From an uncultured Leptospirales bacterium (GTDB lineage: Bacteria; Spirochaetota; UBA4802; UBA5550): a DNA stretch of 64,000 nt. The position numbers and the translations under genes are program-made. This document shows positions 10,757-20,369 of this stretch, one piece after another (within the stretch, counting starts at the first letter, position 1; each line of letters begins with the position of its first letter). The notes under the pieces are model-generated. The model did not search any database. It was not told the origin of the DNA and saw nothing but the letters and a program-made list of their open reading frames with translations. The stretch is from positions 30,089-94,088 of the forward strand of contig CAZGWD010000002.1 in assembly GCA_964529415.1 (NCBI GenBank), read 5' to 3'.

Positions 10757-11215
10757 TTACAGGGAGACAGGCGGAGCGCGGTCAGGATAATTATTTGATA
10801 TTAAGCAGCAGTAATCCACACGATTTTGCGAAAAAAAATAAGATGAAATTATTGATGTGAAAAAAAATAGCGAAACAGGAGGCAATATATCAGCAGTTGC
10901 AGAAATTAAAAAAAGTATATTACCTGAAAATATACTGGATGCACCATTATGGATAACATGCTCAATAGGAGTTTCATCACCTTGACATGGAATTTCAGAT
11001 TTAGATTGATCCGCCTGAGAGATATTGAAATCATTGCATGAGAAATTTACCGAATCAATTGAATCATCATGGTGGATACGCACCCCTGCCACTTCCATTA
11101 TAAGCAGCATGGCAAATATTATGACCATTAAAACGGATATTTTTTTAAATAATCTTGGCATATCACCTGATTTTAAAATTTCATTTTTAAAAATCTTTCT
11201 TTCTACATCAAACAT
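10757..11215 (-). CDS. Hypothetical small membrane protein
   Basis: One clear TM segment (ISVLMVIIFAMLLIMEVAGV). No recognisable domain. Confidence 0.3.
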   Translation of the reverse strand: MFDVERKIFKNEILKSGDMPRLFKKISVLMVIIFAMLLIMEVAGVRIHHDDSIDSVNFSCNDFNISQADQSKSEIPCQGDETPIEHVIHNGASSIFSGNILFLISATADILPPVSLFFFTSIISSYFFSQNRVDYCCLISNNYPDRAPPVSL

Positions 11216-11427
11216 ACAAAATACATTTTATTAATAATAAAATCAACTATAAATATTAATAAATTGCAAACATATATAATTTTTTACATTACCAAAATAT
11301 AACTGAATAGTAAATTTTTTTTTATTGTATTACGAGTTTTCCTGCTTATAATTATTTTAATAACGAAAATTTTACAAGAAATCATATTTTAATTATATCA
11401 TGTATCGTAATGCAATGGAATTGCAAA

Positions 11428-11637
11428 TCAACGTTTTTCAGCATGGCAATTCTTGCAGATTCCTTTTATTTTAACTTCATTTTTATTGACTCTGTTCATT
11501 TCTGCAGATTTTGTTTTTATAATTTCAAATGAAAAATCCTCAGTGTAATCACCCATTTTGCAGGATTCACAGCAAAAATGAAATTGAAAAACTTCTTGTG
11601 TGCGTATAATAATGATTGACATGGATCTCCACAGCAT
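11428..11637 (-). CDS. Putative FmdB-like zinc-ribbon small protein
   Basis: Two CxxC pairs (CESC...CKNC). The segment FQFHFCCESCKMGDYTEDF resembles the FmdB YEYxCxxCGxxFE motif. The start codon is uncertain. Confidence 0.35.
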   Translation of the reverse strand: MLWRSMSIIIIRTQEVFQFHFCCESCKMGDYTEDFSFEIIKTKSAEMNRVNKNEVKIKGICKNCHAEKR

Positions 11638-11672
11638 TCAATAAAACTTTGTCCCGGCAAGGAGGATGTACT

Positions 11673-12587
11673 ATGAAGCAATTTTTCACACAGGACCGGA
11701 TGATACGCGGAGGACTGCTGCTTGTGATCGCTGCATTTGCAATGATCGGATTGTTCCGTCAATTCACACGAACCAGCGGAAGCGCATGGGATGCATGGAA
11801 ACATGTTGTAGGAATATTTTTTCTTCTGCCCCTGGCATTTCTCGTCATCTTTGGCATAGTATCATTTTTCAGAGAACAGCGTGCATCTCTGCCGGAAGGG
11901 CAGCGATTCGACCGGAGATGGATACTTGTGCCGCTATTCGGCATCCTGGCCCTGGTGCACCTTCTGCAGCTCTTCGTCATTCCCATGCGGGCCATGGAAG
12001 TCTTCTATCATGGTACTTTTATTGAAGAAACGCTGCGGCGCTATGGCATTAGGACACTCATGGCTCCCATTTATCTGTCGTTTATCATCACCATCTTTAT
12101 TATTCTGCGCTACAGCTTTATAATCGTCTCATTTTACCTTTTCCGCGCTATAGATAACATCTTCGTAGATATACGCTCTACGATTGATTACATTCTCATG
12201 ATAGCCTCGCCTTTGGTTTATTTCCTGCTGATCAGTTTGTTCAATCACAGCGGGCTATCCAACGAGATCCTTGAGACAGCTACAGGCATAATGCTATCTC
12301 ACTATCTTGCTCTGGCTGTTTGCTGGGCCATTGTCCGTTACAGGCGCCGTACCGGTATACTGCGTGCAGGATATCTGCTCACTCAATTCGGAGGTGGTAT
12401 CGTAATGCTTGCTCTTGCTGTAACGTCATTGTGGTTTTACCTCGCATATCTTGCAATCGAGCCAGATTTGGAATGGCGTCTGGTCTTTCATGGATTTCTG
12501 CTTTCGGGTGTCTACGGCAGCTTCCGTTTCTACTATAGGCATGTAGAGGAGCTCTGGGTAACGAAGGAAGAAATGGACGAGGAGTAA
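11673..12587 (+). CDS. Polytopic membrane protein, unknown function
   Basis: The start is moved to the ATG that is preceded by AAGGAGG (MKQFFTQDRM...). About 8 TM helices; no recognisable domain. Confidence 0.5.
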   Translation: MKQFFTQDRMIRGGLLLVIAAFAMIGLFRQFTRTSGSAWDAWKHVVGIFFLLPLAFLVIFGIVSFFREQRASLPEGQRFDRRWILVPLFGILALVHLLQLFVIPMRAMEVFYHGTFIEETLRRYGIRTLMAPIYLSFIITIFIILRYSFIIVSFYLFRAIDNIFVDIRSTIDYILMIASPLVYFLLISLFNHSGLSNEILETATGIMLSHYLALAVCWAIVRYRRRTGILRAGYLLTQFGGGIVMLALAVTSLWFYLAYLAIEPDLEWRLVFHGFLLSGVYGSFRFYYRHVEELWVTKEEMDEE

Positions 12588-12767
12588 AAACAGCAATACA
12601 GTAAATAACTGATGATATAAAAACTATAGTCGCATTTATATCAGAACTTCAGGATGTAAAAAACCTCCCGACACTTATTTGCAGCTGAAATTATCTATAA
12701 TCCTTGACAATGAATCTGCCTGCATTAATTGTCCCTTGAATTTCAAAGTATTTCACTGGAGCAATAA

Positions 12768-13661
12768 ATGGATATTTCCCGCGCAGGGGAACTGGCTGCA
12801 CTGGTTACCGCAGTTTCATGGACAATTAGCGCCACTCTCTTTGACCAGGTTTCAAAGAAAGCGGGAACCTTTGCAGTAAACTTCATCAAAGTTGCTTTTG
12901 CGCTGATATTCATAAGCACATTTTTATTTTTCAGGGGTGATGGAGCCATTCCATCGAATATTACAATTGATGGGTGGATGTGGCTTTCTTTATCAGGTAT
13001 AACCGGTTTTATTATAGGCGACCTGTTTCTTTTTCAGGCCTTTATCATGATTGGCGCACGTGTCTCAATGGTTATTTTCGCGCTTGCCCCATCATTAACC
13101 GCTGCAGCAGGTTTTTTAATATTTGATGAAAAACTTCCGCCTCTTGCAATAACCGGAATGACTGTGACACTCAGCGGTATAATTCTTGTTGTAATCTCAC
13201 GCCCGTCAAATAACGGATATACCATAAAAGCAAAGCCTGCAGGAATTTTTTACGCGTTTCTTGCAACAATATGCCAGGCCTCCGGATACCTTTTAAGCAA
13301 ACAGGGAATGCTTTATACTGATCCGGTCAGGGCAACGCAGATCCGTCTTTTAGCATCTTTAATTGGTTTTACAATATTAATGCTTATTATGCGAAATTCA
13401 AAACTTATTCTTTCTGCCTTGAAAGACAGATATGTTCTTTCAAGGTTAACATCCGCGTCTTTCTTCGGACCGTTTTTCGGAGTTTCCCTTTCAATGTATG
13501 CCATTCATAACGCAAGTGCAGGGATAGTATCCACAATCATGTCTATAACGCCGGTGCTTCTTATCATTCCTGCTGTATTTATATTAAAAGAGCGCATAAC
13601 AATCCTCGAAATTGCTGGCGCTGTTCTCGCTGTTACAGGAAGTGCATTGTTCTTCCTGTAA
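12768..13661 (+). CDS. EamA/DMT-family transporter
   Basis: 10 TM helices in two EamA repeats. Confidence 0.7.
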   Translation: MDISRAGELAALVTAVSWTISATLFDQVSKKAGTFAVNFIKVAFALIFISTFLFFRGDGAIPSNITIDGWMWLSLSGITGFIIGDLFLFQAFIMIGARVSMVIFALAPSLTAAAGFLIFDEKLPPLAITGMTVTLSGIILVVISRPSNNGYTIKAKPAGIFYAFLATICQASGYLLSKQGMLYTDPVRATQIRLLASLIGFTILMLIMRNSKLILSALKDRYVLSRLTSASFFGPFFGVSLSMYAIHNASAGIVSTIMSITPVLLIIPAVFILKERITILEIAGAVLAVTGSALFFL

Positions 13662-13709
13662 CAAATCGTTCTTTGTTATTCAAACATCAGAGAGCTTTAT
13701 TTAGAAAAT

Positions 13710-14549
13710 TTAATCCTTCATATTCATAAGAAACTGGGCTTTATCACCAAGCATATAATTAGGCAGCTTTCCATCCCATTTTTCAATCCATTTAAGCTGG
13801 ATTACATCCTTGGTTACAGTTTGAGATAGCAGCCTCTGCTCCTGCGCCCTTGCTTCCGCTTCAAGGATAGTTTTCTTTTTATATTCCTCAGCCTGCTGCC
13901 TCTGGTACTGGGCTGTCTTGATTTTCTGCTCTTCAATCTGCTTCTGTTCCACTACATGATTGAACTCCTTGCTGAAAGATATATTCGTCAGATTCACAGA
14001 CTCGAGAATAATATTATAAATACCGAACCTCTCTTTCAATAGAATCTCAATGTCTTTCTTAAGCTGTTCTCTTTCTACAATAATATTCTCCACTGCAAGT
14101 TTTGCAGTGGAAGCTTTAACAGCTTCATTGACAGTTGGAAGAATAACCACATTATAATAATCCTTTCCGACATTTACAAAAAGCTTATTAACATCTTTAG
14201 GACTAAGATGATAGTTAACCACAACCTCAACATCAACCTTCTGCAGATCTTTAGATGCTGACTCGGCATGAACTGTCTGCTTCTGGGTTCTGATATCAAA
14301 ATCATAAACTGCTTCAAACCACGGAACTTTAAAATACATGCCCTGGGAATATGATTGAGTATGACCATTAAATGAATTAAACACAACGCCTACTTCGCCA
14401 GCATCAACAGAAAAATATGACTTGCACCCGCTCATTAAAATAAAAAATGAAATGCCGCCCAATCCAAGGACTTTTATTATTGAAATCTTTCCTTCCATAA
14501 CATCAGTAATAAATTGTTTGATACTAATCATCAGCTTTTTCTCCTTCAT
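13710..14549 (-). CDS. SPFH/band-7 (prohibitin/HflC-like) membrane protein
   Basis: N-terminal TM, an SPFH core, then a long Q/E/K-rich coiled-coil tail (QQAEEYKKKTILEAEARAQEQRLL). Confidence 0.75.
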   Translation of the reverse strand: MKEKKLMISIKQFITDVMEGKISIIKVLGLGGISFFILMSGCKSYFSVDAGEVGVVFNSFNGHTQSYSQGMYFKVPWFEAVYDFDIRTQKQTVHAESASKDLQKVDVEVVVNYHLSPKDVNKLFVNVGKDYYNVVILPTVNEAVKASTAKLAVENIIVEREQLKKDIEILLKERFGIYNIILESVNLTNISFSKEFNHVVEQKQIEEQKIKTAQYQRQQAEEYKKKTILEAEARAQEQRLLSQTVTKDVIQLKWIEKWDGKLPNYMLGDKAQFLMNMKD

Positions 14550-14593
14550 ATTTTGATTTTTTCAACATTCATCCATCACAGGTCAATACTGAA

Positions 14594-16213
14594 TTATAAT
14601 CTTTTCCTGAATTCCGTCGGGGTGCAATTCATGGTTTTTTTAAATGCATTTTGAAATGCAGTAACGGAATTGAATCCAACGGCATATACAATTGAGATTA
14701 CAGTACGTTCACGGTTCTCCAGCATTATATTTTTTGCTTCATTGATGCGATATTCATTGATAAAAGCATTAAAATTTTTTTTATAAACTTTATTGATAAG
14801 CGCCGACAACTGGTCCTGACGTATGCCTATGATCTCAGAAAACTTTTTTAAATTCATTTCATCGTCATAGAAAACTTTTTTTTCACCCATACTATTCTCT
14901 ATCCTCTGGATAATGGAAAATGAATCAAGCCCCCTGAGACGCTCTGTAAATCCGTATTCATTCCGCCAGTGAAGAGTTGTTATGAAATAGTGGAGTATAA
15001 TTACTATAAAAATTGCGTAATGTCCAAGCAAACCAATTGTTAAAATTGCCCTGTCGTAAAGCATATCGCTGAAAATACATAAAAAGCCGCCGGTAAAACC
15101 AATAAGCATATATAAGGCATTCTTTTCGTTTCTGATAGAGTTATCACCGTTGACCGAGTGTTCGATCAATATCCAGAAAATAAAAACAAATGGGACAATC
15201 CAGAGCGGATCAGCCACATTAATCCGGTACCAATGCCAGAAAACAATATCACGGCTTATCAATATAACAGCTGTGGATATCAGCGGGATTGCACTGGCTC
15301 CAATCATTAAATACTTCCGTACTTTTTTCAAAGGAGTGCCGGTGTCCGGAAACGTCCAGAATATAAACCACATCATCAGGTTAATCATAAAAAAATTTGA
15401 AATGTGTTCTGCACCTTTTAAAAACATATAGTCATCGCTGATATAGAACTTGAACTGGCTGCGCATTAGATAATAAACCGCGATAACAATACATGTAATC
15501 AAAAAGAAAGCCTGCCGATTCTCATATGACTGGAATATATAATGGTGAATATAAAGAGATGATACGAATATTATCATAATAACAATTAATATTTGTATTA
15601 AATTTTCTATGAAAAACTGTTTAAGGATGAAGTGTGAAACTCCGAGCAATGCGCTGCTTTGCACGGCAGCGAATCCTGCCTTGAAAGGATATAAACTCTG
15701 GACTCTTATTGAAAGTACATTTGGCCCGGCAGTTCTAATCAAGGATGACGGGATCGAATAAATCCTGATCTTGTCGCCGGCAAACTTACGGGGACGGGAG
15801 CCTGCCCCGTCAATGACTCCTTCGCTTCCAATAAAAATTCCGTTGAAATAAGTCTCATCTGCATCCTCTATGGGACCGAGGCGGAGCAGTAGCGGCTTAT
15901 CATGAAAAGCTGATGAAAAAGTAATAGTTAAGCGATACCAGCATATATTCTGTCTGGAAAACGGTCTGCGTGTTTCATCGCTCCAGTTATGCGGCAATGA
16001 ATCCACTGTTTCCCATTTACTGTCATCGTATCCCGGATCCCGATAACCTTTATTGTCATCGCCGCGGAATTTCCATTTATTAGGCATGCGACCGAGATTT
16101 AAGGACTCGTTCAGTTCAACCGGCACATTTACAGCAGCCTGTATGTGTATAACCGGAATAAGGATAAGAAAAAAAACCGCAATATACAGGGGAAGTCGAT
16201 ACATTTCAACCAT
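14594..16213 (-). CDS. Membrane-bound AraC-family transcriptional regulator with a 7TMR-DISM extracellular domain and 7TM region
   Basis: Signal peptide, an approximately 170-aa extracellular jelly-roll-like domain (RLGPIEDADETYFNG...), 7 TM helices, and a C-terminal AraC HTH (...AVGFNSVTAFQNAFKKTMNCTPTEFRKRL). Confidence 0.75.
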   Translation of the reverse strand: MVEMYRLPLYIAVFFLILIPVIHIQAAVNVPVELNESLNLGRMPNKWKFRGDDNKGYRDPGYDDSKWETVDSLPHNWSDETRRPFSRQNICWYRLTITFSSAFHDKPLLLRLGPIEDADETYFNGIFIGSEGVIDGAGSRPRKFAGDKIRIYSIPSSLIRTAGPNVLSIRVQSLYPFKAGFAAVQSSALLGVSHFILKQFFIENLIQILIVIMIIFVSSLYIHHYIFQSYENRQAFFLITCIVIAVYYLMRSQFKFYISDDYMFLKGAEHISNFFMINLMMWFIFWTFPDTGTPLKKVRKYLMIGASAIPLISTAVILISRDIVFWHWYRINVADPLWIVPFVFIFWILIEHSVNGDNSIRNEKNALYMLIGFTGGFLCIFSDMLYDRAILTIGLLGHYAIFIVIILHYFITTLHWRNEYGFTERLRGLDSFSIIQRIENSMGEKKVFYDDEMNLKKFSEIIGIRQDQLSALINKVYKKNFNAFINEYRINEAKNIMLENRERTVISIVYAVGFNSVTAFQNAFKKTMNCTPTEFRKRL

Positions 16214-16374
16214 TCATATAAATCTGCTATTTTTCAAAAGTCAATATTCAGAAAATATTTATTATTATTATAGGGTATTATTATTTAAATATGTCAATGA
16301 CAAAAAATAAACACGTATTATGATTTTTTCTGCTGGTATGCTGCCTGTTGGAAATCCCGGTATAGTTATACTAA

Positions 16375-17664
16375 TCAGGTTTTGCTCCCGAGAAAACTGT
16401 CGACAATCCTGACTTTATATTGATCGAAAATATCTTTTTTCCATCTTGTCAGCAATTCCATTCTTTTCTGCATAAATAAACTTTGTCTGATCTGATTTTT
16501 ATTCACCGGCAGCAGCTGCTTCTGTCCACGGATAATTCTTGCCTCGGCAGATTCAATTTCCTGCTGGGTGACATTGATTTCCTTTGTAATCGCAAAATCC
16601 ATATAGTCTCCTGCCAGGTAGTCATCCCTTGTCTTGTTCAAATCCTTTATAAATTCCGGATCCTTATCCAGCCCGAGACGGATTGCCTCCCTCCGCAGTA
16701 ATAATTCATATAGATATTCCCGGACAATCATGCTTTTCCTGCTCTGGTCCATGCTTATCCCCAATCCGCTCGTGGTTTCATTTATTGTCTTCATCCTTGC
16801 TGATAAATCTCCGGATGTAAATTTTAAATCGCCAATTGTAAATATTATGCTTCCTGGATTCTGAGAATTTATTGAATTTTCATAAAATTTAACATCTTTC
16901 GCAGATAGCAGTTCACCAAGATACCTGTCCCTTAATTTTGAAAGAAACTTTATCCTCATTTCGTCAGTCCGGATTAGCTGGAGAAGCTGATTTACAGTTA
17001 CCTCTTTTATTTCCTGAATTTTAAAAATACACACAGCATTAAGCTGTTTTACATAAAGTGGTTTTTTAGAATAGCTGTCAGACGCTGTTGCATAGGCCGC
17101 ATCGGCATATTCAGCAGGCATAAACTCACGGATATAATATCCTCCTGTTGTCCCATTTTCATTTTCAGGATTTTTTGAGTATATGCGAGCAAGTTCATTA
17201 AAAGAAATTCCTTTGTTTATCTTTTCTATTATTGAGCCCGCTTCTTTAATTTTTGCTTCCCTATCCTTCGCATCATCTGATACCGGAAGGACTATTTGTC
17301 TGAGTTTGATAATTTTTTCACTATATTTCGCTGAATCCTGCATCTTCTTCAAAAGAGACTCATTGAGATATTTCGTAGATATATCATCAAACAGGAGCAC
17401 AAATCTTACTGATTTTTCGTAATCAGCTTTTTTGGCTTCAAGAATGGCAATCCTTTGCAGAATAAGCTGCTCCAGATGAATTTTCATCAGTTCGTTATTA
17501 TTGCGTGCGCGTTCCAGCGGAATATCCTGAACCCTGAGCCATTTCAATAATTCACTCCTGGTGACAGAACCATCAGCATAAACAGCTATTGTATCGCTGT
17601 CACACTGACAGGATGAAATCAATAAACAAAGAAGAACCATAACTGATAATAAAATTTTATTCAT
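16375..17664 (-). CDS. SurA/PrsA-like periplasmic chaperone with a PpiC (parvulin) domain; lipoprotein
   Basis: Lipobox (LLISSC), a SurA N-domain-like helical region, and a parvulin-like segment (GGYYIREFMPAEYADAAYA). Confidence 0.55.
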   Translation of the reverse strand: MNKILLSVMVLLCLLISSCQCDSDTIAVYADGSVTRSELLKWLRVQDIPLERARNNNELMKIHLEQLILQRIAILEAKKADYEKSVRFVLLFDDISTKYLNESLLKKMQDSAKYSEKIIKLRQIVLPVSDDAKDREAKIKEAGSIIEKINKGISFNELARIYSKNPENENGTTGGYYIREFMPAEYADAAYATASDSYSKKPLYVKQLNAVCIFKIQEIKEVTVNQLLQLIRTDEMRIKFLSKLRDRYLGELLSAKDVKFYENSINSQNPGSIIFTIGDLKFTSGDLSARMKTINETTSGLGISMDQSRKSMIVREYLYELLLRREAIRLGLDKDPEFIKDLNKTRDDYLAGDYMDFAITKEINVTQQEIESAEARIIRGQKQLLPVNKNQIRQSLFMQKRMELLTRWKKDIFDQYKVRIVDSFLGSKT

Positions 17665-17906
17665 TTTCTCACTCTCTTATGGATTGGTTTTTAAATTTAT
17701 TCTGATATTTATTAAGAAGCAATGTCAATCGCTTATCAGGAATATATCAAAAAACCGTCATTGCGTCTTGTTTTTTCATAACTGAATCATGATTATGGTA
17801 GATTTATTAAATCCGACAGGGTAATATTCCGGCAATATTACCATTATCTAATTAGAGGAGTCGTTATGCATCAAACGATTTGAGCTAATTAAAGGAGGAT
17901 TAAAAA

Positions 17907-18914
17907 ATGAAATGTTTAAGTAAAATGTTTTTGCTGATGACCATGTTAGCTTTCAGCAGCGGACTGTACGCTGCAGTTTGGGTGCCTCCAACAATAAACG
18001 CAAGAGAAGGCGACGCGGTCTTTAAAGCAGGATCCGGAGGGGGAAACCTCGGAGGACTTTTCAACGTGCTGCATGTTTACTGGTCCCATTGCGGAATGTT
18101 TCTAAGCGAGTCGACAATCCGCCACAATAACATGGGAGATCCCAAATATAACAGCAACTGGCTAGGATGTCCTTCAACTTTTAAAGGTGATACAATTAAA
18201 AACGGTATGCCGGGCATGATTACAGAAACAGTTGACCAGGCTTTTAACGGATCAAAAAATTTCGCAGTATCCGGCGGAGTTGTTCTGAAACCAAGCAGCG
18301 CCAATGAGACCAGTTACCGCGGTCCGCTTCAGCTTATAGCTTCTTATATGCGTTCGTGGGATGCTTATTATCGTCCCTATGCGTATACGAATTTTTTTCA
18401 GATGAATGTTGAATGGCTCAACGGGCAGTACCGCTATCCGAGGGTGAAGGGTTACGGCGGGCATTGTTCCGGCACTATATGGTTCGCCCAGGCAACAGCC
18501 TATAATAACTGCACGGATGGTTATGTATCAAAATATCCGAATGTTCCTTATCATGATTCTCAGACAATGTTCGATGCGGCATCAGCATTATACAGCGGAG
18601 TCAGATCAAAAATTCACACTAAAATCGTTGATACATGCGGCGGGGCGTTATGCGACGGAACCGGACCTGCAACGAAGATGGCCTGGCAGGTCGTTAACAC
18701 TTTTGCATTCGATGATGCAGACAGAACCTCAAGCAGAATGAACGAGATTAATGGTCCTGATGGATACATCACGTCATGCGCGCCGGCTCCGGATCATCTT
18801 TTAATGAACACATATACAAATCCTAAAGGATTTAATATCGGCCAGCAGACTACATCTTCATCTTATTACGATCAGGTTGTTCCAGTTCAGTTTATTAATG
18901 GATATTACCGTTAG
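17907..18914 (+). CDS. Secreted protein of unknown function, possibly a Cys/His hydrolase
   Basis: Strong RBS (AAAGGAGG), signal peptide, and an own terminator. The conserved-looking segments SHCGMF and GGHCSGTIWFAQ are followed by histidines. Confidence 0.5.
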   Translation: MKCLSKMFLLMTMLAFSSGLYAAVWVPPTINAREGDAVFKAGSGGGNLGGLFNVLHVYWSHCGMFLSESTIRHNNMGDPKYNSNWLGCPSTFKGDTIKNGMPGMITETVDQAFNGSKNFAVSGGVVLKPSSANETSYRGPLQLIASYMRSWDAYYRPYAYTNFFQMNVEWLNGQYRYPRVKGYGGHCSGTIWFAQATAYNNCTDGYVSKYPNVPYHDSQTMFDAASALYSGVRSKIHTKIVDTCGGALCDGTGPATKMAWQVVNTFAFDDADRTSSRMNEINGPDGYITSCAPAPDHLLMNTYTNPKGFNIGQQTTSSSYYDQVVPVQFINGYYR

Positions 18915-18958
18915 AAAAATCCGTACTGTAAAAAAAGTAAACAAGCAATACTGAAAAA

Positions 18959-18991
18959 CTGCCCTTCCGCCTATGGCGAGGCAGTTTTTTT
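18959..18991 (+). terminator. Rho-independent terminator
   Basis: CTGCCCTTCCGCC-TAT-GGCGAGGCAG followed by TTTTTTT. Confidence 0.6.
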
Positions 18992-19033
18992 ACTGAATGA
19001 TTTAACCCACAATAACAGCAGGGAGAAAGTGAT

Positions 19034-20302
19034 ATGGAATTCATAAAAAAACACAGGTTGCTGCTTATCGCTCTCGGGGTCCTGATAATCGTCGGGGCTC
19101 TTGTGTATATACGGCCGAATGAAAAAAAATCTCCGGAAAAAGAAGAGATAAGGAAATCATATTCCATGGGGGACTATCTGATGATGATGTCCTCGGATAA
19201 AGTAGATAAATCATTTGATGCGTCCGGTATTAAACCTTACGAAGTGAAACGGACACCGTTTATAAGAAATGTGATACTTGAAAAAAATACAGTCTGCGTC
19301 GGAGAGGATTTTCTTGTAACTATCGAGTCTAATGATCCGGAAGGCAGGGATGCTGACCTCATCTCCAGCATCGGCCCGTCAATGGGCAACCCTGTTATTA
19401 TGCGGTTTACTATTCCAGGAAAGCATAAAATTATTGCTACAGTCAGGGACTTTAAACGCATCGACACTAAAGTTGAAGAGATTGAGGTTGTGGAGTGCAG
19501 CAGTAAGCCTGCAGTATATCTCGAAGCAAGGCTTCACCCGTTCCGTATGGAGGAAGGGGAATTTGAGGTTATGAAGCTGCAGAATCTTAAAGGAAACTGC
19601 ACCTATGAGTGGGATTTCGGCGATGGAAAATCAACAACTACAACACGAGGATATACGACGCACAACTACGGATTGAGAGACCAGAAGCGTTTCAATACAT
19701 CATACATGGTAAAGGTTACAGTTACCGACGAGAAGCAGGTCAGCGTAACAGCGCGCGCGTCGCTCGATTTCCCTAATATTCAGTGGATATCGGGTCACAT
19801 GGGGTCCATGAGCGTTCCTGTAATATTCAACCGGTTCCTGGATTCAAAAAATAATGAATTCAGAACTGACATATCCATGAAGAACATTCATTCTCAGGAT
19901 CTCACATTTAACGATGCAGATATTACACTAACTCTTTGTAATTCCCCGGGTGTAACACAAAACTTAACCGTAAATGCATCCTCCTTTATGCCGAAAACAA
20001 ATCTGTCCGGGGGAGAGGTGATCAGGGGCGATATCTCATTTAAAGAATCTGTTGTCCCAAAATCCGCCTGCGCTGTGGCTGTAATCATTCACGGAAAGCT
20101 GAGCGATGGCAAACCAGTCAGTCTGGAAATGAACTTCACAATCCCTGCTGACAGTATGGCATTGAATTCAAAAAACAGTGTGGAAGTCGAAGACCACGGA
20201 CTTGACCGCAAAATACAGATGGCTAAACGGATTCTGGGAAGGGATTATGTTACCCAGGACGATCTTTATACTCTTGAAAAAGAGGGAAAGTTTAACGACT
20301 GA
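19034..20302 (+). CDS. Membrane-anchored PKD-domain protein
   Basis: N-terminal TM anchor and a PKD signature (CTYEWDFGDGKSTTTTRGYTTHNYGLRDQ...YMVKVTVTDEKQVSV). Confidence 0.6.
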   Translation: MEFIKKHRLLLIALGVLIIVGALVYIRPNEKKSPEKEEIRKSYSMGDYLMMMSSDKVDKSFDASGIKPYEVKRTPFIRNVILEKNTVCVGEDFLVTIESNDPEGRDADLISSIGPSMGNPVIMRFTIPGKHKIIATVRDFKRIDTKVEEIEVVECSSKPAVYLEARLHPFRMEEGEFEVMKLQNLKGNCTYEWDFGDGKSTTTTRGYTTHNYGLRDQKRFNTSYMVKVTVTDEKQVSVTARASLDFPNIQWISGHMGSMSVPVIFNRFLDSKNNEFRTDISMKNIHSQDLTFNDADITLTLCNSPGVTQNLTVNASSFMPKTNLSGGEVIRGDISFKESVVPKSACAVAVIIHGKLSDGKPVSLEMNFTIPADSMALNSKNSVEVEDHGLDRKIQMAKRILGRDYVTQDDLYTLEKEGKFND

Positions 20303-20369
20303 AACTTTCTTCAAAATATGGAAAATATTATTTTAAAATATTGAGTCAATAAAGCAGGAGTTTGAAATA

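Noticed and set aside
11517-11804. 95-aa minus-strand ORF
   Set aside because: It overlaps both the putative zinc-ribbon ORF and the start region of the plus-strand membrane protein, with no motif support.
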